Assembly (NCBI GenBank): GCA_030704615.1
Contig: CM060734.1
Coordinates: 55,614,001 to 55,678,000 of the forward strand
Length of the DNA: 64,000 bases
DNA from: Takakia lepidozioides
Lineage: Eukaryota > Plantae > Bryophyta
Direction of reading: 5' to 3'
The notes below the pieces were generated by a model. The model worked only from the letters and a program-made list of their open reading frames with translations, was not told the DNA's origin and made no database searches. The translations under genes were made by a program, and so were the position numbers. Shown here piece by piece: positions 49,090-63,762 of the stretch; the stretch's first letter is position 1; each line of letters opens with the position of its first letter.

Positions 49090-52000
49090 GACAGTGCATG
49101 ATCAGAATTCGGACTGAAATTACAATTAAATTATTATTATCTTGTAAAAACAAGCTGCTAGTCGTGTATGGCTCCTCTTTGTGAATAGTGAAATCTACTT
49201 TTATCCATACTAAAGTTGAAAACTCATTTGTTTGTTTCTCATAAGTTGTTCAATAACAAAAATGTTACCTAAGGGAGGTGTTATCTGGGGAATGACTACT
49301 TCTACCATACGCGAGGAGGTGACACCCAGGAAAGGCACAACAAGAACTTAGCAACTTGGCGCTTTTTGACAGTGCGTGGTCTCCTCTTTAGAACAAGCAG
49401 CAAAACGAGAGAGGCTCTGTCCATCAAAGCAACAATTTTGACAAGCTGTCACGTGGTTTATACTTAAAAGTTTAATTAGACCAATCATACTCTTAACACA
49501 GTGTAAAGGTCCGCTGACCACATTTTTTCCATTGACTTCGACATGATGCAAAGTCTCTGCCCTAAGGGACAGAGCCGATAAAGAAGAGCTAATAAGTAAA
49601 AGTAAGTTTGTTAAACGTCCAGTGAATTCACAGAGCCTCAACACACAACCCATCGAGGGGCCAATGGACAGTTGTAAAGAACTTTTATATTTCCATCTGC
49701 TCGGACGGTCGTCCCAACAAAGTTTGGATAACAGGGGGTGAAGCATGGAGGAAACAGTTTATGGGATTGTTGCTTTCATGTGAAACAAGTGGGGAGGAGG
49801 TTTGCCTTGTTGCCCAACGCTATGACCCATTGAGACGGTCACTTGATACATGGTGGGTTAGTGGCGGGCCAAGGCTAGGCAAGAAGGGGAAGAAGGGTGA
49901 CCAAGGATGACTATTCATGGCATAACCGAGTGCAAGAAGTTAGTCAATGACGAAAAAAATATAAAATATAAAAATTGCCGACTCTCCACAAAGAACGCAA
50001 TCAAAAGCTAGTACCATATTCCAAATATTGCGTTGGGCGCTATCAGTAGATTGGAGAAAATAAATTCACATCGGAAGGAGACGTGTCATTTTTTCCTGTA
50101 CAATTTTGGCATAATGCTGGAAGTTGGCCCTTGGAGCCTCCTTCCATGTGGTCAAACCAGACCATAAGATGATATCAAGGTCACGTTTAAAAGCTTAGTG
50201 AGGCCTTCTATGTGCAACCCCGACCCAAAATCCTATCTGGGTCTCTTGCCTCCCCATGAAAGTCCGAGTCAAGAGATTAGGCACAAGGTATAGGAGTTCA
50301 ATTTTGGAGACGACCCAGTTGAGCAGCAGGTCTTCTTCTTCACGCCATTTTTTCGTAAGGGCCAGTAGCCGCAAAGTGAAGTGGCTCTTAGTTAGGCGTT
50401 GTCTCATCTGTCATTAAAACAACCTCTTCCTCTTGGGGAGATTGGTGGTTACATGATTGAGCAGACGCCAAGTGGGTCTACATGGAAATACGTCCAACAT
50501 GGATGACGATGAGAAGCCTCCGTCCTTCCTCCTTGCTTTCCTAGCCTGACAAAACCAGCAGGGTCCCTACCTTTTTCAGTCCCAGTACTTCTTTTCCCCC
50601 AAACAATGAAAATTGACACATATATCCTGTGACCACATATAACACATGTAGGGAGGCAATTTGTCACTGTGCCAGAACTCGGCAACCACTCCATAGTAGA
50701 CATTTTAACTGCTTTCCTCTACTTATTATGAGAGCACTGCATGTCTTTCAAAGACAAAAGTGAATAGTATACCAATGGCAAAGTGTGACACAAAGCTGCT
50801 GCAATAACTTAGTCACATTTGCTTTGTCGGATGGGATTGACGAAAGTATTGTATGTGTTGATTGTGGATGGATGTGGTGCAGTGCAGACACGAGTCTGCT
50901 CTTTTTATGGTCAGCACTCAGGGCACACCATGCACACCCTCAAACCGACACGTCTACCAAACTTGGGCGGTTGCCCGAGGAGATTGTGTCACTCAACCAA
51001 ACAGCAACTATTTATATATGGGTTTCTGTGTGTAATCTCACCGTCACACTAAGCCTCTGATTTCAATAGGAAACAAACACTATTTGAAGGCGAGCGTGGA
51101 CCAGCTAACACGCATCCAAGGGCTCATGTTCTCTCTTTCCATCTGAACTCAAAGTCAGAGTCTGGCGCACATTTATGGGGGAACAACAATGATGCCCTAC
51201 AGTCACAAATCTCTGTTCAACATGCTTTTTTCTCCCCAGAATGGGTCACGTCTCATGTCCCCAGGATTTTAAGGAGACCTGGAGAATTTTTCTTGTCTTT
51301 CTCTATGGAAAATGATTCTAAGCAGGCTAAAATGGGAGTGCTGGGCAGCGTGGGCATTTGTGTGGCTGCAGGATTCTCGGGAATTGGCTGTGCTTTCAAT
51401 ACTCTGCACACCCTGCTGCCAATTTTGTTGATGGAATTATTCTGCAACGACAATTCCCCACTCTTAGTCCTTACTCCAACAGTAATACCCAGCCGGTCTA
51501 CCGGGCCCACGTTCGACCCCTCGACCTCCGTAGCTTCTCCGTTGACAAGCTCTGGATGCAGCGCTGCTCTTTCTACTGTCCCCCAATGTTCCAACTGCCT
51601 GAATGAACGTTGGATGATTCTACTCCATCCTTCAGGTCGATGCCGGATAATGGATGAATAGTGGATGATATAGCTTTCATACCAAGTCGAGGCCGAGTGG
51701 GAGGTCGTGGGGAGGTAAGACGTACATCGCGCTCACAGCCGTATAAAGCGAGGTGGTACGGAGAGGTAATGGAAGGTAGACACGTATGCACACGGCCAGG
51801 TAGATGCTGTGAGGATACGACGGTAGGTAGATAGGTAGGTAGCAGAGGAAAGCTGCGAAAGGGATGTAGGGTAGGATGCTACCGGGGACGCGCTTTACAG
51901 CCACCCGTTTATTATTTGCTGTGGGCCCACAAGTAATTAGTGTTTATTTGTTTAATATTATCGTTATTAATTAGTATTGGTATCGGGCAGGGTTTGGTAG

Positions 52001-52971
52001 GTTACGAGTTCACGAGTCCCTGGAAACTACCCGGGCGTGTTGCTGAGCTGTTTCCGCTTGGTCTCTCGCTCAGCGGCAGCGACGGGGTCAGAGCCGAGCG
52101 AGCCAGGCTCCCGCGCAATCGGCTGCGGTGGTGTGCGGGATGCGTTGCTGCTGCAGCTTGCTTGATGATCGAACATTTCCTGCATCTTTGCTTTCTTGTT
52201 GGCAGATCGTGCCAGGCTTGAGGGAAGGAGGGGAGGGGGACGGGAAGTTGTTGTCTCTCTTCTTTCCCCGGCGTTTGGACATGTTTGGTGAGAGCACGGA
52301 TGTAAGACCGAACTTGCGAACGAGAACGAGATCTGTGACAGAGGTCATGGTGTTGGATAACACCGAGGGAAACTGCTCCCGCGGTTTAGTCATTGGTTGA
52401 GGATCTCGTGCATTTGTGCGAGTTTTTTTCCAGTTGTTTTTGTCTGTTTTGTCTGGCTTCGGCCTTGTTTTGGAGAGGGCGTAGAGAGGGAGGTGCGTAG
52501 CTGACTCCGGGCGCGACGTCTTCTGCGAGTCTGTGGTGGAGCTCTTTATCTCCGGCTTCGGCCTCGTAGAGTGCATCTCTCTGTCTCGATGCCTATCTGT
52601 CTCTACAAGTTTGGCGGATATTTGGTTGGGATATGAGCTGCTGCACTGTCTATTGTTCTCCTCCCGTTTGGTATATGCAAGGCGGATGGTAATGGATGGA
52701 TGGCTCTGAAAGCAGCGTTCCCTTCTGGCTGTTTGGAATATGCTGCAGCCGGCAAGTGCAGTGATTATGGCCAGTTTTCATGCAAGCACCAGAACTGCTG
52801 GCACAATAGTCTGGTGTATAATTTGACTGGTTTTCGAACGCAATTTCCACGAGTCGAACCATCCTTTCATGCATGGACCCCTGCTGCTAGAGTACTGCGG
52901 GAAGAGTGATATTCGCAGGCTTTACTTTTGTGGCAGCAAGTTAGTTGTAGGGCAGAGTAGGGCTCCTCACA

Positions 52972-55900
52972 ATGCCATCAAGGCGAGGGTCAGGGGCTGG
53001 CCTACCAGCACGAAACAGCAGCAATAGGAATGGTGGATACCGGGCGACAGTCATCGGTTTGCTGGTTATCTCTGTGATTGCACCCCTTATGTTTTTGGCT
53101 GGACGGACCGGCAATTTCATCACTACTCGTGAGTTCTCTTGCTGGTTCTCTTCCAGGTTTTGGTGTTTCTTTACACTGTAGCATATGCAATGTACATCAA
53201 ATGAGGCACGAATGTGAAAGGTCTTTGGTCGTGCCTTCCTATTTCAATATATTGTCACTCTTTCTTGGTCTTTGACCATCCTGATTATTCAACTTTTGCT
53301 ACAAATGTTCTCCGGGAATTTGGCTACAGTCGCGTCCTGATAGCTGTCAGGCACACATGGGAGGAGGGAGCATTTAGTTTTAGGTCACTCTTGTTGGTTT
53401 TATGAACAGCAAACTTTTCATCGGCGATGATGTTAGTGGTTAGAAACATATCTTTCTGTTATCGGTGAAGACTACCGAAGGACTGTAATTTCTCAGCAAT
53501 CACCAGATGTCAGGTGAGTAGTAGTAACTCATCTAAGTCTCCTGTAATCTATGGTACATGTAGCCAGATCTGTTGGATTTGATGTTAGTGGAAGAGAAGG
53601 TGAATGGAAGCCTTCTCTTCATGGTCCTCATTGTCGTCTCTTCTTGTATGAATATGCAGGTCACAGTCAAACGGTTGAGGATTTGTCTGATGCGGTATGT
53701 TGCCTCTCATTCACTGATTGAGGCAGATGGTGTTGAGCGCAAGCCTAGACATTGTCCATTTTTATGTGCTGTGGTTGTCCTATCATTGGTGCATCTCCAT
53801 AGGTTGAGTAAAATGCAATTCAAGGCTATCATATTACCATTTTACAATGCATGTGTCATTGTTGTGTTACCTCTCATTGGTGGTCTTGTGTCTGATTCTG
53901 CTCGGTTTTTGGATCTACAGATTCGGACGGAGGAAGTCAAAAGACGCAGTGCTTTAGAGCAAATAGAGAGCCTTTTTCCTAAGGAGGTATTGCTCTTAGC
54001 CTCCATGTGGTTCATTTGTTCCAACTTGGGAAGATGTCAAGCAATGGTTGATGGATTATTCTTTGTTTTTATGCGTGGTTAACCTCATCAGAACTCCTGT
54101 TTCGCAAGCACACTTTTTTTTATTTCATCAGGAGCTCACTGTGCACCCATGAGGGGGTCTTTTGAGTTATGTCTTCAGAAAGACTGTAGGATGTGATTCT
54201 CCCCGCCAAATCAGTGCCCTTGCCCAACAGGTACTTGATGTCATCACCACAAGAACAGAAGAGGCGGGACCTTTGAACCTAAACATTGTTGGCCGAAAGG
54301 ATTTGTCATCATCCTGGGTGCGGGAAGAGGGTGTCGATGTGAGTCGAAAAGCATCCAACTCTTATCAGGTAGTGACATGAGTATGATCATGAGTGTCTGT
54401 ATTTAGTATGTGATAGTAGCAACCGGTCTTTCTTACCTCCATGTCACTGGCACCATGCCATATTGGCTGTTTACTGCCTCTCTATCCCAAAGGGTGGTGC
54501 TTGGGGAGCATGATCTGCTGTGGGAGCATTTCCTGCTGTTGGTCTTTCTAACTCGGGCCATGTTACATGAGAGCCACAAAAACTGTTGCATTCATGAACT
54601 AGCAATGCCTCAACGCGGAAAAAGAGCATTATCATCGCTTCTGCAGAGGTGACACTTGCATGGCCTGATTTTGTTACCTGAACATCGTGTACTTCCAACA
54701 GCAAAATCTTTCGAACATACCTGTTATTATGCTAATGCCATTGAAACATTCTACAGGAACCTGTAACAGTCGTCGAGGGCCGGTTTTCTGCTGAAGGTAG
54801 CAGCAAAGATAAAGAGGGCGAGGACACCGATGCTGAACAAGGGGAGGGTGAAAAGGTGGAAGCAGGAATTCGTGAGAGCTTCAATATGAATTTTCAGACT
54901 GAAGGAGTGCAAGCTGGTGGAGTGAAAACTGTGGAAAATCTAACAGATATCACTAGACAAGGGGCAGCAGACCTTGTGGGCACATCCGGTAAGTACTTTG
55001 GCAGTTGTTGAGCTGTTAATATTTCCAGGTTTTTATGCAGAGTTGAAGGATCATTTGAGAATGTGCACTTCCTTATTGGAGATACATGGATGTTCACTGA
55101 GGATTAAGCTCTTGTAACACTCTACACTCTTGGAATTTTAGCTCATTGACTATGAGTGTAAATGTCAGTGTTTAATCTCTGTAAGTCTGGGTGTCACCAG
55201 GTGTGCTGCTTTCAGATGGAGGTGCTACTCAGGGAACTACACCAAGTAAGGTTGATGAAGCGGCAATGAAGGCAAGAAAGGTAAACGATCAAAATCTTGA
55301 TGAATCCTCTGACCTCCTAATGTTGTATAAGGTTCTCAGATTTGGTTACAAGTTCTGGTGACTTCGACCTGATTTCTAGACTTGTTCAAATTTTTCTTCT
55401 GACTCACATGTGACTCACGAGTGTTGATGGTAATCAATCCCAATTTGTGGTCACAATCTGTATCTGTGCTGTTCTTCTCTGTAGATGTCACACACAAATT
55501 TGTCCTAAGACTACCGTCACTTTCACCATCTACAACATGAGCAGAGGTAGCAGAACAGTGTAGCTTCAGAAAGCTTGTGCGATTCACAACAGTTGCAGAG
55601 TTCTTCTTTGTTGAATGCATTATGCATTGTTTGCTGCTGCAGCAACTCAGGCTACATAGACATGAGAAAAGGCTGACAGAGCTGATACAGCAGGACGAAC
55701 AGCAAGCCAAGAAGCTGGAGGCTGAAGTAATCGAAAAGTCAAAAGAGGTTGATGGGGGTGTAATTGGCAAATTTAGTGCTTGGCGGCGTGACAGTGACTC
55801 CGAGAATCAAGATGCTCTCGTCCGACTGATGCGAGATCAGCTGATCATGGCCCGAGCGTATGCCAATATTGCACAGGCCCAGAATCATAGCGGACTTGTC

Positions 55901-58658
55901 CGGGATCTGAAGCTTCGCATTAAAGAGCACCAGATCGCTGTAGGCGATGCCAACATTGATGCTGAGCTACCTAGGGGGTGAGAGTTTGTCTCCACTTCTG
56001 TTATTTTTATGAAGTGTGCAAAGGTATTAGTGGGTTATTTTTCTTCTAAAGTGGCTAAAGCCTAGGTGAGTGTCATTTAGCTGTAATATTCAATAGGATC
56101 TGTGGTTAAAAGTTTGTTAAAGGTTGCAGCTCTCCAATGTCACTGTGTTGGTTATACCACAGTAAGGTGTTGATTCCTTGTCTTCCTTAGAGGGCGGAGT
56201 GGGTAAGTGCCCGAGTGGCACCATCTGCTAAAGAAGATTTCTAAGTGCTTCCCTTGGTAGCCAGAAGTTCTGATTGTTTATCTAATTGATATAGCCAGGT
56301 ACCTTGCCCATCCATGGTAGAGTATGAATGCCATAAGAAAATCCACTGTTTAGCATTCTTCTCATTGCCCACTGCATGGTTCAGGTAGGGACCATTGGTG
56401 CTTTGTAACATGTTTTAAAGATGTTAGTAAATGGTCTCTGGGAAGAAATCTACAAGTAATTGCAGGTCCTTGCATATTTCCCCGTGGCTTGGACTCATCT
56501 GGCATGATAATCAACCTGCAGGGCTGCGGAGAAGATGAAGGTAATGGGACAGCTTTTGACAAAAGCAAGGGACCGTCACTATGACTCTGGCACCATGGTC
56601 AAGAAGCTTAGAGCAATGCTTCAACAATCTGAGGAGCAAGCCCGCATACTAAAAAAACAGAGTACCTTCTTGAGCCAATTGGCTGCCAAAACAGTCCCTA
56701 AGGGCCTGCACTGTCTCTCCATGCGTTTGACTGTGGAGTATCATACACTACCTATGGATCAGAGGGATTTTTCATATCAAGAAAGGTTAGAGGACCCCAG
56801 CCTCTACCACTATGCGCTCTTTTCTGACAACATCCTTGCAGCAGGAGTTGTGGTGAACTCTACCGTCTTCAATGCCAAGGTACCACTGTGTTATTGGAAG
56901 TTCTCATTTGTGAAATGGTGTAAAACCCTGATAATGTCAGATATGAGGAGCATCAACTGAACGTCAGAAGTGACTTCCCCTCCATATCTGGGCAGGTCAT
57001 CTAAATGTATGGTTAAAGTAAATTTCTTGTGCCTCAGATCTAGCTAGGGATTAGGATGGGGACTGCATACTAGCCAGCATGAAGTACTGGGCTGAGATGG
57101 GGTGGTCCAACAAACTCTGAGCCTGGCGTATGTGCATTGCTGCTGGTTTTTGGTATCCTGATCTGATGAAACATATTCCTGTGGCAGGAGCCAGAAAAGC
57201 ATGTCTTTCATGTGGTAACAGATAAGCTGAACTACGGAGCTATGAAAATGTGGTTTCTTGCCAATCCCCCGGGGACTGCCACTATCCAAGTTGAGAATGT
57301 GGACGACTTCAAGTGGTTGAATGCTTCCTACTGTCCTGTCTTACGGCAGCTGGAGTCTGCTGCCATGAAGGAGTACTACTTTAAAGCTGACCACCCCACA
57401 ACCCTTGCAGCAGGAACATCCAATTTGAAGTACCGGAATCCAAAATATTTGTCAATGCTCAATCACTTGCGGTTTTATCTTCCTGAAGTCTTCCCCACGC
57501 TTGACAAAATCCTGTTCTTGGATGACGACATTGTAGTCCAAAAGGATCTTACTCCCCTCTGGGACATAGATCTACATGGCAATGTCAATGGTGCAGTAGA
57601 GACCTGTGGGGCTAGTTTCCATCGGTTTGACAAATATTTGAATTTCTCGAATCCTCTCATTTCAAGGCATTTTGATCCAAACGCTTGTGGGTGGGCATAT
57701 GGTATGAATGTATTTGATTTGAAGGAGTGGAAGAAGCGGGACATCACTGGCATCTACCACAGATGGCAGAGTCTGGTGAGTGCTCAAACTGTGTTAACCA
57801 CCAGTCTGGTTAATGAGTCTACTTGCTTCGGAGTTGAAGTCATCAATAGTGTTTTGGGCCTTTGGGCCAGGATAATACTTTATGATAGGGCCCACAACCG
57901 AAAGGGGGGGCAGTACCTGCAAAGGGAAGAGGCGCTTCTGTATGTTAATTTTGGTTTGACATCATCTCTCTCTTCATTGGTTTGCTACCTTTGTGGATTT
58001 GGTTCTAGCTGATTTTGGCGAGAGGCCCGAGACAGTTTATTACTCCCAGAGGAAGTTCTCTCTCCAATTCCAGGGGGATCAAGAGTTGGTTGATGTCTGG
58101 CAACAGGGATGGGACTTTTAAGTTGAAAGTAAATTTGGTGACTCTGTTGATCAAGCAAACTATATGAATGTGCTGGCTGGTTAGGCTTTGTAATAACTTT
58201 TGTACTTTAACTTTGTACTTCTACTATTGTACCAGAAGTACCGTGGTGGGACTATCTTAACAGATTTTGCATTCAGTTGGTTATTATACTCCAGGCCTCC
58301 TTTCCTGTTAATGTGGATGAGAGAGACGTGTCTGTTAGCATGCCTTCATTATTGTCTAATGCTTCTCCTTTTCTTGATGTAGAATGAAGACAGAGTGTTG
58401 TGGAAGCTCGGGACACTACCACCCGGCCTGATTACCTTTTACAATCTGACGCACGCCCTCGACAAGTCTTGGCATGTCTTGGGGCTTGGCTACAACCCAA
58501 CCGTTGAAGAGTCAGAGATCGACCTGGCTGCAGTCATCCACTACAATGGCAACATGAAACCGTGGCTGGAGATTGGTATGACTAAGTTCAAGCCGTACTG
58601 GTCCAAGTTCGTGAAGTTCAATCATCCTTACCTTCAGCAATGCAACATCAATGACTGA
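52972..58658 (+). CDS. Galacturonosyltransferase, GT8 family (GAUT1-like)
   Basis: Phase-compatible exons 52972-53128, 53660-53694, 53921-53986, 54231-54368, 54757-54988, 55201-55280, 55643-55977, 56522-56879, 57188-57775 and 58383-58658. N-terminal TM anchor, PKGLHCLSMRLT, LNHLRFYLPE, FLDDDIVVQKDL, CGWAYGMN, LWKLGTLPPGL, IHYNGNMKPWL. Confidence 0.96.
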
Positions 58659-59711
58659 GGGACTGACCCCTGTGTTGTGCTATGACAAGATTCCACCACT
58701 TTCAGCAGGGAGCCAAGCTTCAGACTGACCTGATTCAACCCCGGTAGAATTGTGTGTGCCTCGACTACAGAATTTGTAACCAGGTTGCTCTTGCTTTGTA
58801 GCTATGGCCTAACTGCATGTCCCGTCCTCCCCCTCCCTTCACACCCTGCCAGTGTGACCTGACCTCCACTGGGCCTCATTCCATCCGTTGACTAGGATAG
58901 ATCGGCGACTTGATATGTTAAGCCTGCTCACAAGAGAGAGAAATGTATGGATATCTGGCTATGGTTGAGTGTGGGTCGACATGAGAACCCCCGCAAGGGG
59001 TCTGTCCCCTACTCTTGAAATTTTACCCAAAACCAAAATGTGCACTTGCCTGTAGAGTAGCACCCAGGTGTATTGTATATACCGATACTAGATTTGAGAT
59101 TCACCCATTCATATGTAACTGTTAATGCCTTCCATTTGGTTTTGTCAAATTGCTTGGCAAAGATGTGATTCATTTTTAAAGAAAGATATTGATCCTTTTT
59201 GGGATAGGTGGGCCTTCCCCTGCCACTCTTCTGTGATAAGAGAAGTATGTAAGTCATTGTTCTTACTCCTCTCTAGAGAGAGAGAGAGAGAGAGAGAAAC
59301 TACTCTTGGCGGGAACTAAAAAGCTAAAATCCACTTCACCTTGCGGTTACTGCCCTTACTCTATACAATTCAATAATGAATTGTACAAGCAAGAAGAAGC
59401 GAACCACACATGGTTCCAGCGTCTCCTCCACAAGAAAGGGGCTACCAAAACTATGCTCTCTGGCTATTCTGGGGCTATTCCTCCTTGTTCCTTCCTAAAG
59501 AAAGGGGAAGAAGAAAAGGTCCGAAATGAAATATGGCGAAACTTGGTATATACTATAGACGTATATAGTATATAGATACGTATTGTCATCGGTTATCTTT
59601 CATCTGTCTCGTGTTGCTCGGATTTGGGTATGTAGAAGGCAGCACAGCGCGGTGGAGTGAAGGAAGAAGAAGCGCAGGGAGTAGAGTGGAGAGACGGTGC
59701 AGGCAGGAAGC

Positions 59712-59933
59712 ATGATCGAGGTGGTGCTGAACGACAGGCTGGGCAAGAAGGTGCGTGTGAAATGCAACGAGGACGACACCATTGGGGATCTCAAGAAGCT
59801 GGTGGCGTCGCAGACCGGCACGCGGCCCGAGAAAATTCGCATTCAGAAATGGTACACCATTTACAAGGACCACATCACGCTGGGCGACTACGAAATCCAT
59901 GATGGCATGGGCCTCGAGCTTTACTACAATTAA
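59712..59933 (+). CDS. UBL5: Ubiquitin-like protein 5 (HUB1)
   Basis: 73 aa [18 protein letters not shown]...[14 protein letters not shown], with the characteristic C-terminal YY-x. Confidence 0.98.
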   Translation: MIEVVLNDRLGKKVRVKCNEDDTIGDLKKLVASQTGTRPEKIRIQKWYTIYKDHITLGDYEIHDGMGLELYYN

Positions 59934-61747
59934 TTTGCTCCATGTGAGTCGCTCGCTTGGTCTGAGGGATTCATTCCCACGAAGATTGATAGAAAGTTAG
60001 GGTTCTGAGAAGATGTGAATAAGCTACGATCTTGTGTTGTCTTTTCAAAGCAGTGTTTCGCTGGAAGTGTTGTAATAAGAAGGTTTTTGTCTTGACAACT
60101 TCAAAGTCCTGTGCAAGAAAAGCAGCCTAGGTTTCCATGTTGAAGTCGATTTCCGCCATATGATTGACCAGATTTCTTCGCCTCTGTAATTTTTCACTCT
60201 CCTTAGCCTTGCTTCACCGATGGTTGAACCTTTTTATTATGCTGTAAGGGGTTCGATCAAGCAGGATGGTTTGTGAGCAAATCAGGCTTTAGCAATGTTC
60301 CATTTAACTTTCCAGATTGTATGTCTAACTGGGAAATTCGGTTTGATTCAGGCAATGAACGAGCAGCTGTAGACCTAGATGTGGCGTAGTGTATCGTTCA
60401 TGAAAAGTCACGAAAGAAGTGACTTCATACGGGGCTTATGCAAGTCATCAAAAGTAGGTTTTCATTATGAATACTGGCCGACTAGTTAGTGATCCCGGGT
60501 TTAAATGCACTAATGCCTGTTGGAGTTTTCTGGTCATCGTTCACTCGGTCACTGTATACCTACATTTTCTTGTGTACTCAGGCTTGTGAGTCTCCATGGT
60601 AAGAATTGACTGTGAGTGGTCCAGCAATATGACTCCACTAAAAACTACACTAGCTCCAGCTGCTAACATTTTCTTTTTCCAACTAGGACTGCGATTCTAT
60701 GAATAAAATATACTACCAGCCATCAATGTATTGGAATGCAAATGCAGTGGTTCTAATCTTTTCTCACTAGGTCTGAATTTCAGTTGTAGTGTTTCTATTT
60801 GCAGGGAAGTGTATTGACTGGAAAAGCTAGTTGGACTTACCAACGGCAATGGAGTCATAAGTTAATCTCATTGTATGTATGCATTTCTACATACATATGG
60901 CTGCTGGCTGCTGGCTGCTATGGATTAGAGAGCCTGCTCAAGAACAGGCCATCATAATTTTCCATGGGTTGCTTAAGATATGTTAAGCAGGAGTGGCGGT
61001 TTGAGTGATCGCGGATGAACATGTAATTTTTACATTGTATTCTATTCAAAGCTTTCTTGTAGTGTCTTCTTACCAATGCTAGTCAGAGAGTGGGTTGCAC
61101 GCAGAGGACTCATTGTCCCCATCAAAATGCTTGGCTCTCTGTTCCATAGAAGGGTGCAGGCAAAAATTGCTAGGTTTCATCTGGATAACACAACGTATAA
61201 GCTGGTTGTGTCGTGCAGTAGACTAAACCCAAGGAAAAGAAGAGATCGATGCTGTTGATTCTGGACCACTTGTGGCTTTGTCACTTTTGGCAACATCCAA
61301 AGGTCATCTGGCAATTCAGAGCTGGCCATGCAACCGAAATGGATGACGTAGGTGCATCAAAGCGAGGATCCAATCTGCCCACTTCAAATCAGTCTCATAT
61401 TTGCAACTCAAACCACTAGAGTTGCAGACACTGATCATCTCCTCATTCTTCGATCAATCTTGCATCACCCTATTCTGGTCAAAGGAGAAAAAGATGATTA
61501 CAAGTGATCAGACCAACAGCATCGATGAAATGAACATCAGGGCATGTTACAAATGAACGAATCAACTGATCAAAGGATCCAATAAACAAACAGAAATGCA
61601 CTACAAGATGTTGATACTGTGATTTAAAATGCTGGTTTCGGCAGTTTGGCTGTGTGTCGTCTCCATGATCTTGACGGGGATTGTAACGATGGACCGTCAG
61701 CTTTAATGGCTTCCTCTTCCTCTTCTTCTTCTTTGCCGTTTTCGTGA

Positions 61748-63762
61748 ATGGCTATGGCGACGACGGTTTGTGCTCAGCTGCTGCCTGGGCCCGTGGCCTT
61801 CGGACTCCGGGTAAGTTGCGCTTTGGTCAAGCGTGGTGCAGTGTGGAGCCCTGGGTTTCCGGCCAAGGTTTCTAACAGCGTGTGCTTCGTGCGGTGTCTG
61901 AATTCGGAGCAGAAGAATGAGGTAGATGCTGTGCAGGAGTTGGCGTTGGATCTCGCCAAGCAGGTCCTTCTGCACAGAGTTTTGTCCTCATTACTTTCTT
62001 GTCTGTGCTGACGTTGAAGAGCATGCTACTCAGTTGTCTCGGAGGAGCTGATGGCAACTTCCACGCATTGTGTGGGGATCTATAACTTATGTTGTAGGGT
62101 GGACTGTTTTTCTAGCAGGTAAATTACTAGCGAGAGACCAACTACAGTAATTGCGAACCAGAGAGAATTGAAATGCCGAAATTTGAAACTGATGAGCTTT
62201 GAAAGCGTCCCAAGATGTTATGGACCTGCATAGTCAGAGAACATCGGAACTGCATTGTAATGGAATTCTTCTGAGGTGCATTCCAAGGATTCAGTCTGAT
62301 CTTGAAGTGCAGAATCATGAACAGTGGAAAATTGTTGATGAGGTACCTATGGGCAGTAGCTATCTGCACCTAGGTGGGGCGTTAGTCAGCTTAGTTGGTC
62401 TTTTCTTTTCAAAACATTCACTTAAGCATGGGTTTTGAAATGGATGATTGTAAGAAGCTCAAGTTCAGGTTGAGCGTATTTGACTTGTCAAAAGGATGAG
62501 AGAGCCATAGACAATCTTCTCTTAACCAGCAGTATAATTCAACTGTTCAGAGACATGAATTGATGGAGAACGTTTTCTTTGACAGGGAGGGAGTAGTGTA
62601 AAAAGATACTGAGATGTGGGAAGTGTCACAATTTCAGGCGGGCACGTTGATACGGGACAAGTCTGGCCGAGCCTTACAGGTCAATACTTCAGAGAATCTT
62701 GTCAATTACACCTTTTCATTTGAAATTGTGCGATTCTGATATTGGATAAATGCCCAAAATCTCTTGACCTAGATTACCTCAGTAGTCACTGCCGAATCCG
62801 TAATTTATGCACATTCTCATAAGTTTAGCTCGGAGTCCTAATTCTAACCTGGGATCCAGGACATGCTCTAGGAGAATGAACAAGTGGACAATTAAGACAA
62901 CAGGATTTCCCTCAAACGATGCAATCACGGATCAAAGACTTGTCTCTCTCTCTCTAAAGAGGAGTGTCCTCAAATCAACACCAATCTGCAACATACCTGC
63001 CAATTCTCAAAAGAAAACATCTAGCAAATGGAGTAAGAGAGGGAGATGAGGCGGGAAGTCCATTTGGGTCCTTGATGACCAACGTGGTGGTGCAGGCCTG
63101 GCAGGAAGTGATGTGTATATGGGGGGCCTTCTCGCTGTCTGACAGGTGGACACTAAAGAATCCCGCTTTGATCTCGTCACTGAAGTTGACAAGGCCTGTG
63201 AGGATCTTCTTCGTTCTCAAGTGAAGGTATCGGATCACAGCCACTTTGTTGTCTTGGTTGAGCACTGGTTTTTGACCAGATGCCAAGCCCCAATTTGGGT
63301 CATGGTTGTCTGAAGCAACAGCAATTCTAGTGGTTACAGCAGTGTGGGTGCACACATAATTGTCCTAGACTGCAATGTTTTAGTGGCTTGTATTGAGTTC
63401 ATGTCAGGTGGTCCAGTTGGAAGCCTATGAATCTCTAAAGAAGAATACTGATATCTTGTAGGTCATGGGCAGTTTTATGCAACCAGCGATCTCTTATTGC
63501 TTGCTTCCCGATGGGTCAAAGGAGACAATATAAGTTATGCCACCTAGTGTCATACTTCTTGCAGTGCAGGTGGCTTGTTCTATTGTTGTAGATGTAGTCA
63601 CAAACTTTGGGGTGGTAAATGTGATTTCAGGCCAGGTTTCCACATCACTACTATATTGGGGAAGAAACAGTCACAGAACAAGAGCTAGAGAGACTTAAGA
63701 AGGGCTCGAAGGACTCTGATTGGACATGGATTGTGGACCCTATCGATGGTACACTGAACTTT
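61748..63762 (+). CDS. Inositol monophosphatase family protein, probably plastid-targeted; 3' end lies beyond the window
   Basis: Phase-0 exons 61748-61963, 62638-62679, 63146-63226 and 63631-63762 give LALDLAKQAGTLIR...FDLVTEVDKACE...FPHHYYIGEE...WTWIVDPIDGTLNF, the IMPase signature. Confidence 0.9.

Noticed and set aside
49348-49746. 132-aa minus-strand ORF in AT-rich DNA
   Set aside because: No recognisable motif in any frame examined.
11431-63762. Apparent clustering of organelle-targeted genes as a functional gene cluster
   Set aside because: Functions are unrelated, and organellar genes are common enough that chance adjacency explains it.
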